Assembly (NCBI GenBank): GCA_907165135.1
Contig: OU015568.1
Location: 1,302,001 to 1,366,000, forward strand
From: Oikopleura dioica
Taxonomy: Eukaryota; Animalia; Chordata
Length of the DNA stretch: 64,000 nucleotides
Reading direction: 5' to 3'
In this document: positions 1-10,780 of the stretch, piece after piece
Numbering within the stretch: position 1 is the stretch's first letter
Layout of the letters: each line of letters opens with the position of its first letter
Notes under the pieces: generated by a model
Told to the model about the DNA's origin: nothing
Databases searched by the model: none
The model's input: only the letters and a program-made list of their open reading frames with translations
Made by a program: the position numbers and the translations under genes

Positions 1-111
1 ATCTAGCTTATTTGAAAAAGCTGTAAAACGAATTCCTGAAGCATTAGCGGCAACATCACCGGTCAGTTTCTGCGGCAGTTGGCGAAACTTTCTCACCGCC
101 GTTCGAATCAT
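1..111 (-). CDS. MCCC2: Duplicate first exon of MCCC2 (continues off the window edge)
   Basis: ATG at 111 reads [36 protein letters not shown], identical to the MCCC2 start at 5100. Confidence 0.6.
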   Translation of the reverse strand, partial: MIRTAVRKFRQLPQKLTGDVAANASGIRFTAFSNKLD

Positions 112-603
112 CCTCTCTTTCAAATTTTTCTTCAAGGCCAAATTTCTTCTTTAGTTTCGTTTTTTTCTCTGGAATCTGTTTTGCTTGAGGCGGCCGTAAA
201 GTTTGAGCGAATTCGCTGTGCCCAAATATTTGGCGCTGGACTGAACACAGGGCAATTTCAATCGGGTTAATCATTAGCCGATCGCAAGAAAATGCGGTAC
301 TCTTTTTTCAGTGCTCTTAATTTCGCGAAGAAGAAATTTGGACAGAAGAAAAATATAATATTTTAAATATTTCTCTCGTAGATTTGGGAGGACCGCAGAA
401 GTTCCCATGGGCGCTGGAGGACCTTCTGTTTGAAAACATCTCTCTTGAAATCGCTTCTTTGTTTTCTATTTATAATACGTAAAAATACATTATAATGACG
501 TAAAAATAATATAGCCTATATAAAAAAGGTAACTATTTGATGTGATTTTTCTTATTTTCTTGGAAATATAACTTTTTTGACAGTAACTGGTCGTACAGAA
601 TAA

Positions 604-1231
604 TCATGAAAATTCTATTGTCCAGAGAAAGGCTTTCTCATCTCTATCATTGAACTTCTCAAGATAAAGACGAGGATCACTTGCGCTTTTCGCATACATG
701 TACTTTCCCGCTTTATCTTCAACAGCTAATATTCTCCATGTAAGACAGACATCTCTATCACCTTCATCGCAATGCTTTTCGAATTTCCATTTTTCGTTTG
801 TATTATTCGCACCATCAAGTTCTTTGTGAAAAATTGCATCTCCTGAATTGCCCTTGTGATAAGCTGCGGCACCATTATTGTCATATGCGTGTGTATTTAT
901 TACGTAACCATCATCGAAAGTCCCGTTTTCATTAAATCTTGGGGTAAGCCATAGAGGATGAGGATCTTTGCTCAATTCGAGTTTGATAGCGTAGTCACCT
1001 TTCTGGCCCTGCTCGATAAGAAAGGTTTCTTCAGGAATTTTTCCACAATTAATATAAGTCTACTTTATTTTTTATTTTTCGCCAAATGATATTAAAATCA
1101 AACCTGATATTTGAGATTAACGAGTGTGGCTTGTTTGAAGCAATAGTATCCATCTCCAGCATTAAAACAAAACAATCCCTCCGGGCAGTCACATGTTTCA
1201 GAGGGTTGTTGCTCAGTAGTTGTAGTTGTAA
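604..1231 (-). pseudogene. 5'-truncated duplicate of the secreted Cys-rich/Thr-rich gene (only the last exons)
   Basis: Identical to 5594-6221. The upstream exons (signal peptide, Cys-rich part) are missing because the duplication breaks inside the MITE at 1618. Confidence 0.65.
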
Positions 1232-1235
1232 TTAA

Positions 1236-1618
1236 GGGGGTGGTGGTCGAGAAAATTTTTTTCGACTTTTTAAAATTTTGATATTATTTTTAGATTCCTT
1301 GATAAAAATGGATGATTTTTGGTCACTAGCTTTTTTGATTGGACCAACTTTATCTAAGAAAATTTTCGATTTAATGTTGTGAAATCGTCACTTTCGTGAA
1401 TTTTAAAACGCGTTTTTTCGAAGTAATACCAACTCAAAATTGATTTTTATTGCGAGATAATGTTTATTCATCATATTCTTATAATAAAATTCTTAAAAAT
1501 TATTATTATTGTGATTTTTTTGAAAATGTCATCGAAAAATGAGTGAAAATGACGATTTTTAAGAAAATAACATGTTTTCATTCAATATCTATCTTTTTTT
1601 CTAACAAAGTGAACTTTG
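1236..1618. mobile_element. Truncated (one-ended) copy of the TTAA MITE
   Basis: TTAA-GGGGGTGGTGGTCGAG left end at 1232-1251; the right TIR is absent in this copy. Confidence 0.8.
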
Positions 1619-2223
1619 CGAATCGCGAAAAACCACCAGCGGAATCGCAGACGTCCAATAGAGCTGCGGAAGAACATCAAATCGCATTTCATCAATTGCT
1701 TTTGCATAATCAACAGACTCTGAAAGAAGCGGACAGACTTCCACCAGCTCGATGTTCTTTCTTAGGTAGGCAGCCCATTCTTCTTTGTCGAGTAGGGTTG
1801 ATCTTATTTTCTTAAAAGGGTTATCTATTGAAAAAGAGGAAGGAATAAACCTGAATTCGTTTATCATCATTGCATCCATCAACATTCTCAGCGAGGTGGA
1901 TTAATTGAGGGAAAATGGTTTTTCGATATGTTCCATCTTTCAAGCTCAAAAAATGCATAAAGAAAAATACTATTCTTTAGTTTTTCAAGCTTTTCCTAGT
2001 CTATCTTCCATAAAATCGACAGCATTTTGCGTCCCTGCGATAGATTTCACTACTGCGACGATATAAAGAGCATTAGCTAAGTAGGTAAACCATCCGATAA
2101 AATTCGCGCCTGATCTGAATTTATTCAAAAAATCAGTGAACTTTAAAAATCGGAAATTTGCTACCTGAGTGAGAAAAAGCAGCAGAACGAGGTGACTCTC
2201 GGGCACAAAGGCGATGAGCTCAT
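1619..2223 (-). CDS. Hypothetical multi-exon membrane protein, apparently cut at the duplication junction
   Basis: Phase-plausible short exons: MSSSPLCPRVTSFCCFF / FIGWFTYLANALYIVAVV / DNPFKKIRSTLLDKEEWAAYLRK...LPQLYWTSAIPLVVFRDSQ. The reading then runs into MITE sequence at 1618. Confidence 0.45.
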
Positions 2224-2723
2224 GATTTTTTTCGGATTTGTCTCTTTTAATTAGATATTCTGCATTTCTATTTTATGTTTTTAAAAGGAGAGAGGAAGGT
2301 GCGGGAGTTATTTTAAGGTGCTTCGCCAACCACATCGATTTTAGTCCTGGCGTGCCCGTCGGGCGAATTCTAGTTTTTCCCGAAATATTTTTCAGGTGCT
2401 ATAAATCTACAGATTAACTCTAAGATGCCCTTTTTTCATTTGATAGATTGCCTTGAATTTGGACCTGAAGACGGTTCTAGAGCTAATCGTTTGAATTAGC
2501 AGCTGATAACAGTTTAAATCATTTCTTTTTATTAATTATCGTAGGGGAATGCTTTTTTCTTACAGTGTACATAGCATCAACGTTTAAAATAGAGATTGAG
2601 AAGTTCAAGGCGTTTTTCCAACTTCTTCTGTCGTCAGTCGTCCGCCAGGAATAAATTACAGTGGTAAGTTAACAGTAAAAATCACCAATAAATTTAAAAT
2701 ATTCTTCATCCTTTTTTTCGTTT

Positions 2724-5100
2724 CTAAAGCCTGTACATCGGCTGATAGGTCTCCAATTCTTTCGATTTGATAAAGAGCTCGTGGTTTCTTCCAAATTCGA
2801 AAATGTCCATACATTTCTTGAGCGTATCGCGCGTCATTCGGGGGTCAATCGTGCCGTCGTCCCAAATTCTAGCGCTGGAAAAGAAGGACTCGTCTTCCCA
2901 GTCGTTTCCGGATCTGAGTCCCATCGAGGCTGGCCAGCGGAAGAAGAAATTAGGATCGTATTGGCGAGGACAGAGGTCGGATAGGCGGTTTGCTCCGGCG
3001 CAGGCGATGGTTACTTTTGGGCTCTAGAATTTTCATTCGGAAAATGTTTAAAAGTCTGCCTTACCTTGGATGTAGAAACAGCGGAGATATAAGCAGCTCT
3101 AGCTCGCATAGCGGCAGCAGAAGTAGCTACAGAGTCGCTTGAAGCATCGAAATCATCGTGGAACAACGAGTTTTGAAGGAAAACAACTTATTTTCGCATT
3201 TTACAATCGTTTTTACCAAAAATCAGCTAAGACTCCTAAAGAGCGCAAACACGAATCCTGGAACGCGTCGTTCAGAGGCTAAATGAACGAAATGAGCTCC
3301 TTTGAGAGCTGCGTCGGAGTCAAAGTTGCCATTGTTCGCGACGAAACCGACCATATGTCCGCTTACTCGGCCATATCCGCAGACCAGCCCAGTACCGTAC
3401 AGTTCTAAGGGTGAATAAACGCGGGAAAGTGGAATTGAAGAAGGTACCTTTGAATTCGTGGAAAACAGAGCCGTCTGTAAGGCAAGCAATGGTCAGACGA
3501 GCATCAGATTTGGTCGAAGCGACATCGAGAATATCATACTCGACATTTGGTTCTACCGCAGCTTTTCTCGTCGTTGCGAATTCTAAACGAGAGGAATTAA
3601 AAGAAGACGAGAAGAGAAGGTGTTTACCTGGAATATTGAGCGTTTCGAAAATAGACCTAACATAGGCAGCAGATTCTTCCTCGTCTCTGGCGAAATAATC
3701 TGCACATCCGGAAACGGAGCTGTGGAGCATCGCTCCACCAAGCTCTTCTGCAGTGACTTTTTCGCCCGTCGCGGCTTCTACGAGAGGCGGTCCACCGAGG
3801 AACATCGTTCCCATCTTGTCAACGAAAACCACTGAAAAGAAGGAGTTAAAAAAAGGAAGAAAATAGGAATCGAGATGGAAATGGACTATTCATAGGACTT
3901 TTAAGCCATTGAGCTCACTTTAGGGGCTCCAAAATTTTAACTATGGATCGGCAATGTATAAATACCCGCCCGAAATAGAGTGACTTGTTTGCCGAATTAC
4001 ATAAGCGCATCAAACATCAAAAAATAAACTTTGTACTTACTTTCGTCACACATAGAAGGCGTATACGCTCCGCCAGCGGTACAGCTTCCACAAACCACGG
4101 AGACCATCGGAATTCCCATAGAACTGATGTTTGCGATGTTGTAGAAGTTTCGGCCCCCGTCGTTTTTGTCGGGAAAGATTTCAGACTGGAGAGGGAGGAA
4201 GGCTCCGCCAGAATCGACCAGGTTGATCGAAGGGAGGTAGTTTTGGCGGGAGATGTCGGACAATCGATTAGACTTTTGGACGGTGATGGGATAGGAGGTT
4301 CCACCCTAAATATTTCGATTAAAAATGAGACTTATTTACAAATTATCTAAACTTGGTCCAGAAATCTATGTTCAAAGCCAGAGGAAGGCTCCTGAGAAGC
4401 GGATCCGTCAAGGCTTCAAAGTGTTCTCAGGACCCTTACTCAGGCTCGAAACGCAGATTGACGAGCCCAGTATCTCAATTCAAGCCAATTTATGAAGATT
4501 ATCATCAGAAAAAATGGCCTCAATTTTAGGAATCAGTGACTTTGTTAACTTACTTTTACAGTAGCATCTGATCCACCAATACAAACAGGAATTCCATGAA
4601 CCCAAGCGATGCAGGTCATCAGAGTCGCCCTCGGAATCGATCCATAATCCAAATCATGCCCAGCCAAAAGCCCAATTTCTAGCACTTCTGTTCCTTCGTC
4701 TTTTATCGCGTTTATTCTTTCCTCGACTAGAAAAAGGTATTGGAAGAAGGGATGAGATTTGTCTTACTGAAATATTTATTTCGGCTAGCATGGAGTTTGT
4801 GCGCCTTTTCTGAGCCTCCTTTTCGCGCAAATTCTTCGATTTCTTGAAGCTTTTCGATCCAGTTTAGCTGAGCTGCTTTGTTAGCTGATTTCTGTTTTAC
4901 AGGGTTTCCACTACGTAACTTCTAGTACTCATTTTCACGGAGTTTTGACGAAGTTACCCTCTGTATAAAAAATCCGTTAAAATGTTGACATCTAGCTTAT
5001 TTGAAAAAGCTGTAAAACGAATTCCTGAAGCATTAGCGGCAACATCACCGGTCAGTTTCTGCGGCAGTTGGCGAAACTTTCTCACCGCCGTTCGAATCAT
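2724..5100 (-). CDS. MCCC2: Methylcrotonoyl-CoA carboxylase beta subunit (multi-exon)
   Basis: Carboxyltransferase motifs: [97 protein letters not shown]. Basic transit-peptide-like N-terminus. Confidence 0.95.
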
Positions 5101-6604
5101 CCTCTCTTTCAAATTTTTCTTCAAGGCCAAATTTCTTCTTTAGTTTCGTTTTTTTCTCTGGAATCTGTTTTGCTTGAGGCGGCCGTAAAGTTTGAGCGAA
5201 TTCGCTGTGCCCAAATATTTGGCGCTGGACTGAACACAGGGCAATTTCAATCGGGTTAATCATTAGCCGATCGCAAGAAAATGCGGTACTCTTTTTTTCA
5301 GTGCTCTTAATTTCGCGAAGAAGAAATTTGGACAGAAGAAAAATATAATATTTTAAATATTTCTCTCGTAGATTTGGGAGGACCGCAGAAGTTCCCATGG
5401 GCGCTGGAGGACCTTCTGTTTGAAAACATCTCTCTTGAAATCGCTTCTTTGTTTTCTATTTATAATACGTAAAAATACATTATAATGACGTAAAAATAAT
5501 ATAGCCTATATAAAAAAGGTAACTATTTGATGTGATTTTTCTTATTTTCTTGGAAATATAACTTTTTTGACAGTAACTGGTCGTACAGAATAATCATGAA
5601 AATTCTATTGTCCAGAGAAAGGCTTTCTCATCTCTATCATTGAACTTCTCAAGATAAAGACGAGGATCACTTGCGCTTTTCGCATACATGTACTTTCCCG
5701 CTTTATCTTCAACAGCTAATATTCTCCATGTAAGACAGACATCTCTATCACCTTCATCGCAATGCTTTTCGAATTTCCATTTTTCGTTTGTATTATTCGC
5801 ACCATCAAGTTCTTTGTGAAAAATTGCATCTCCTGAATTGCCCTTGTGATAAGCTGCGGCACCATTATTGTCATATGCGTGTGTATTTATTACGTAACCA
5901 TCATCGAAAGTCCCGTTTTCATTAAATCTTGGGGTAAGCCATAGAGGATGAGGATCTTTGCTCAATTCGAGTTTGATAGCGTAGTCACCTTTCTGGCCCT
6001 GCTCGATAAGAAAGGTTTCTTCAGGAATTTTTCCACAATTAATATAAGTCTACTTTATTTTTTATTTTTCGCCAAATGATATTAAAATCAAACCTGATAT
6101 TTGAGATTAACGAGTGTGGCTTGTTTGAAGCAATAGTATCCATCTCCAGCATTAAAACAAAACAATCCCTCCGGGCAGTCACATGTTTCAGAGGGTTGTT
6201 GCTCAGTAGTTGTAGTTGTAATTAAGGGGTGGTGGTCGAGAAAATTTTTTCGACTTTTTAAAATTTTGATATTATTTTTAGATTCCTTGATAAAAATGGA
6301 TGATTTTTGGTCACTAGCTTTTGATTGGACCAACTTTATCTAAGAAAATTTTCGATTTAATGTTGTGAAATCGTCACTTTCGTGAATTTTAAAACGCGTT
6401 TTTTCGAAGTAATACCAACTCAAAATTGATTTTTATTGCGAGATAATGTTTATTCATCATATTCTTATAATAAAATTCTTAAAAATTATTATTATTGTGA
6501 TTTTTTTGAAAATGTCATCGAAAAATGAGTGAAAATGACGATTTTTAAGAAAATAACATGTTTTCATTCAATATCTATCTTTTTTTCTAACAAAGTGAAC
6601 TTTG
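4990..6604 (+). repeat. Direct segmental duplication, copy 2 (matches 1-1618)
   Basis: Direct sequence identity to 1-1618. Confidence 0.95.
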
Positions 6605-7568
6605 TTAAACATAGTCCCCCACACGCTCAAGGGTTTAAACTTTCCTCTAAGTTAGTTTTATTTTGAAAAAAATGATAAGTGGATACAGTTTTTTAGGTCA
6701 AGAGATGGGTCGACTTTGAAGGAATTTTTCACCATTTTTCCGAAAAAAAATTTTTTTCAAACATAGTCGCCCACATAAATTGGACCCTTTTTAACGTATT
6801 TTTAATTAGAGAAAAAAATTTTTTTTTGAAAAAAATTGAGTTTTTTAGGTTGAAAAAAGTCTTAGTCTCGACTACCACCCCCTTAAAGTTGTAGTTGTGG
6901 TTGTAGTTGTAGTTGTAGTTGTAGTTGTAGTTGTAGTTGTAGTTGTAGTTGTAGTTGTAGTTGTAGTTGTAGTTGAAGAAGTTGTTGTTTCTTTTTCACA
7001 GATCGGATTCGGACAATAATCACAGCCAGTTGGACAGTGTTCCCCACATGGACAGGATGCGATACAAGCTAATTGATCGTTTGAAATTTAATATGAAAAA
7101 GCTCTCGTCACTTACTTTCATATTGATTCTCACAAAATGAAAAACAGTAGTCAGTCTCGCACAAAATATTACAGTAGCCATAATCAAGACGGCAAAGATG
7201 CCTGCAATCTTGAAACAGATCCTCATCTCTTAAGATCATTTGTTATTGTGATTTTGAAAATAGATTCCTACAAGCATCGCGGAACAAAAGCTCTGGAAAG
7301 ATGTATAAAAATACTGAACAACATCTCGCTTGTTCCCCTAAATGAAATTGCATGTGATAGAGAAATTCTGGCATGTTGCACTTTTCTCATGAAATGGTAT
7401 TATGCAACGTTTTCAGCTGGGATTCTGAAAAGTGTCTTCATAAAAGAAGAACTTTTATGAGCCTTGATTGGAAATCCTTGAATCCGACATTTTCGAGTGC
7501 TGTCTTCACCGCGGGTGATTTTCCTCTTACACATTTTTCCGGCTGATAAGCGCATGTAATAACTTCAT
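5594..7568 (-). CDS. Secreted-type protein: Cys-rich domain + poly-Thr linker + C-terminal globular (possibly beta-trefoil-like) domain
   Basis: Exons read MKLLHALIS..., DEDLFQDCRHLCRLDYGYCNILCETDYCFSFCE, QLACIASCPCGEHCPTGCDYCPNPICEKETTTSS(T)n, TTTTEQQPSETCDCPEGLFC, ETFLIEQGQKGDYAIKLEL...FLWTIEFS*. The 5' exon structure is uncertain. Confidence 0.65.
6226..6882. mobile_element. Non-autonomous DNA transposon (MITE), TTAA TSD, GG termini (Kolobok-like)
   Basis: TTAA (6222-6225) GGGGTGGTGGTCGAGA ... TCTCGACTACCACCCCC TTAA (6883-6886); AT-rich non-coding interior. Confidence 0.88.
6888..6975 (-). repeat. (ACAACT)n coding hexamer repeat encoding poly-Thr
   Basis: (GTTGTA)n on the plus strand, in frame with CPNPICEKETTTSS on the minus strand. 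Confidence 0.9.
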
Positions 7569-7588
7569 TTTGATTGGAAAGGCGGAAA

Positions 7589-10011
7589 ATGGTTTTCACA
7601 AGCACACAACATCTCGGTTTTCTTACAGTAATAACTCTTACTATCGGCATTTATCGATCAGATATTTTCCAGAGCAGTTTACGAAGACCGACAACCGAAA
7701 AACTTGAGCCAAGATTAGATCCGTACGAACAAACCCTCGAAGGCGTAAAAAGTCTCAAAGGAGATCAACTTCAAAAAGAGCAAGAGCGATTAGAGAAAAT
7801 TTCGAAAGTCACAAATTTCGAAGAATTCGGTGTTAGAGAAGATCAAAACTGCAACGACTCGCCGCGATTTTTCGATTCTCCGCAGCCGAGGACCGCGATC
7901 TCGTCCTTTCCGGGGTCGGGAAACACTTGGGCAAGGCATTTGCTTCATATGGCTTCCGGTTACTGGGTATTTTTGATGTTCGTCAGAGCAATTTTCATCG
8001 AGTTTTAAGGGGGAGGTCGACGAGAATCGGGATTTCCGTGACCAAAAATGCGGAGAAACCCGATTAGATAGTAGAATTCTAACTTTTCAGATTTAAAGAA
8101 AAGGCTTTGAAAAATAAACCGGCGAAAAGCAGAAAAAAAAATTTTTTGAAAAATTTTTCAAAAATTAGGGTTGAAGTGGGGGTGGCTCGCGACCGAAAAA
8201 TCTCGAAAACGGAGTTTTTTTTTCTTCATCAAATATAATTTTTAAGACCCTTAAAAATTAACCGGCGATCAAAAAATTAAGGGTAACTTTCATAAAAATT
8301 TTTTCTTATTGATTAAAAATATTCGATTTTCGCCAAAATCGACATTTTTAGCCATTTTTTCATGGAAATTTCTACAAAAATTATAAAGACTAGGATTTTT
8401 TTATAATAATTAGTCAGAAATCATTTTAAAACAATGCCTAGTGCATAATAATCAGTTTCAGATAGTTTTTGGACGAAATCACCAACTAATAATTTCAAGT
8501 TCGAGACTTAAAATCAAAAATTTTACATTAAAAAGTTAACAAATTGAGAAAAAGCTAGAGACCAAAAATACTCCTTTTTTATCGAGGAATCCAAAAATAT
8601 AATCAAAATTTTGAAAAGGCGAAAAAAATTTTCTCGACGACCTCCCCCTTAAAGACGGGGAATAGAAGAGGCTCAAACCACCTGAAACAGTATGGCTGGC
8701 AAGGCGAAGATCGAGACTGCAAAGATGGAACAACTATCGCCCAGAAAACCCACAGACTCAGTAAGAACAAAGCCTGCAAATTCGAAAGAGGCCTGGTGAT
8801 TGTTCGGAACCCATTCGAAGCGATTCTCGCGGCTTATAATCATCACAAAGCTGGGAAAACTGGCGAGCCACCTTATTCAGGAAAGAAGTCGAAATAAGAA
8901 ATTAAATTTATTCATTGAAAAGGGAGTCAGAATCCTTCTAAATTCAAGTAGCCACCTTCAAGATTCGTTACATTTGTGTAGCCAAGAGCTTCCAATGTCT
9001 CCTGAAACAAGTAGTTCATTAACGAAATAGACCAGGAGGTCCGTACCTTAGCAATATTTCCTCGAACACCTCTTTGACAATAGACAATTATCTCATCGTT
9101 TGGTGCTGGTTTATGTCGACCATACTTTCGCTCAAAAGCTCTTGCATCGATTTTGAATTCGTTTGAAAGAGCTATCAAATATTTCATTGGTAATTTTGTA
9201 TTCCTACCAGTATGAGGAATATTCATGAAAGAAGCAGACTTGAGCCTCCCGCCAGAAAGTTCTGACCGTCCTCTGACATCAAGGAAGAGAATCGACGAGT
9301 CCTTCATTTTCTCTCAAAACTTCATCAGAAATATTTCTCTCAGTCGATCCTACTGCTCCCATTTTTCTTTTTCTTTATCCCGACTTGACCCGATTGCAAT
9401 TGATGAAAAAATTGCTGATCAATACGGCTGGATCTAGAGATTTTAATAATTTGATTTCTGCCAAAAGTTTTCAAAACGAAGGAGTGGCAACTGTTCGTGC
9501 GGCAGTGGATAAAGCGATGGACTCAATTTCATCAGGAATGGGCTGAGTTTGAGGGTCCAAAGTATATTTCCTGTTTTGAAGATATAAATAATGACACAAC
9601 AGCGGAAGTAGGAAAATGGCTTGAGTTTTTGGGATTTGATGATCGACGGCTAGGTTCGTTTATTTGAACCCTAACCCTAACCCTTAACCAGACACTAACC
9701 AAAGCTCAAGGCCTAACTCAAACCCTAACCAAATCGTTAGCCCCGAGTTAGGGCCCCTTACTGAAACCAAAACCTTAACCCTAACCCTTCCTTATTCATT
9801 TTTAGGCTGCGTCAAATACGATCCAGTTGGCCAATTCTACCGACAAAAGACGAAAAACTATGACCACATATTTGACCCTTTTCAAAAACTTGATATTTTT
9901 CGCGAAATCGAAGTCGTTTCAAAGCTTTCGCAAAAATATTTCGAAAAAGATTGTACTAAACTCTTCAAGTACGAAAAATGCTGTAACAACGGAACTTTTC
10001 CATATGAATAA
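7589..10011 (+). CDS. WSCD1/2-like type II membrane sulfotransferase (sulfotransferase domain, no WSC domains seen)
   Basis: PAPS-binding motif ISSFPGSGNTWARHLLHMASGYW, then TGNRRG...QKTHR, LVIVRNPFEAILAAYNH, FKTKEWQLFVRQW, SCFEDI, RRLGCVKYDPVGQFYR. Introns at 7967-8654, 8881-9467 and ~9653-9805. Confidence 0.85.
8009..8648. mobile_element. MITE with TTAA TSD (Kolobok-like), related to 6226-6882
   Basis: TTAA (8005-8008) GGGGGAGGTCGACGAGAA ... TTCTCGACGACCTCCCCC TTAA (8649-8652); 18-bp TIR with 1 mismatch. Confidence 0.92.
8927..9362 (-). CDS. Single-domain rhodanese (TSTD1/HSP67B2-like) nested antisense in the sulfotransferase intron
   Basis: ILFLDVRGRSEL, NIPH, IIVYCQRGVRG active-site loop, LGYTNVTNLEGGYL. 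The probable true start MGAVGST (9362) needs a 1-nt homopolymer correction; the in-frame ATG is at 9307. Confidence 0.85.
9665..9790 (+). repeat. Degenerate (CCCTAA)n telomere-like repeat inside an intron
   Basis: CCCTAACCCTAACCCTTAACC, AACCCTAACC, ACCTTAACCCTAACCC. Confidence 0.6.
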
Positions 10012-10242
10012 ATTAAAGTACTGTTAATCTATTTTAGTATGTCAGGAGTAAGTTCGAAGTTGTCAGAAAGAGGACATCAATATTTCGATATTTGAGACTA
10101 CGGAAGGAGAAGTAATGAAGCGGCTTAGTAGGGATGAATTATTGATTCTGAGGAGAGATTCTTTCGCGTAAATATTTGATATAAAGACGGAGCAGAAAAT
10201 ATATATCTTAATAGAACTCGTTTTTTTCGATGTAAAATCAGA

Positions 10243-10651
10243 ATGCCATTCGAAAAGGAGCTCATTGTGGAGAGAGACAAACGCTATGGACAGAGACATG
10301 TGATTCAAATCCCGAAGAGTTGTGTTCAGTGCTGCTTTATCCTGAGTTTCGTGGTTTTGCTTTTGTCAGGATTCGTCGTTTATCATATTATGGCCGAAGA
10401 TGAAGAGGTTGATCTTGACCAGAGTATTTCTATGTTCGATATTGGTAAGGATAAACAGCTAGAAAATGACCACCAGAGGTCAAAAAACGTTAAAAGGGAA
10501 ATGTTTCTGAGAAAATTTTTCGCTAACCTCTTTAATTTCGACTTCAGAGTACGATATAAATGATCAAAAAATCTACGAATACCGCGAAAGTGAAGATTAC
10601 AAGGAGCTTGTAACTGACTTTAACCAGGGACCGACAAACTACTTTGATTAA
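10243..10651 (+). CDS. Hypothetical small single-pass membrane protein
   Basis: MPFEKELIV...CCFILSFVVLLLSGFVVYHIM followed by an acidic stretch; probable second exon EYDINDQKIYEY...NYFD*. Confidence 0.45.
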
Positions 10652-10780
10652 TTTTTTACTTTTTTTAGTATTATTTTTTTGTTTTGTTTAAATTTTCTAT
10701 ACCCATGTAAGTAACAATTACTAACAAAAATGAATGTTCTCTATCCCAGTTCAGCGATTTCTGAAAAAATAGAGACCCAT

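Larger units (their letters stand above)
1..1618 (+). repeat. Direct segmental duplication, copy 1 (matches 4990-6604)
   Basis: Position 1 equals position 4990 and identity runs to ...AACAAAGTGAACTTTG (1618/6604). Identical ORF translations (604-975 = 5594-5965). The differences I found are homopolymer length changes only. Confidence 0.95.

Noticed and set aside
56-274. 72-aa ORF (and its copy 5045-5398) upstream of MCCC2
   Set aside because: It overlaps the MCCC2 start in another frame with no recognisable motif; it may be 5' flank.
9665-9790. Interstitial telomere or chromosome fusion site
   Set aside because: Short, degenerate and confined to a ~150-bp intron; more likely a simple repeat remnant.
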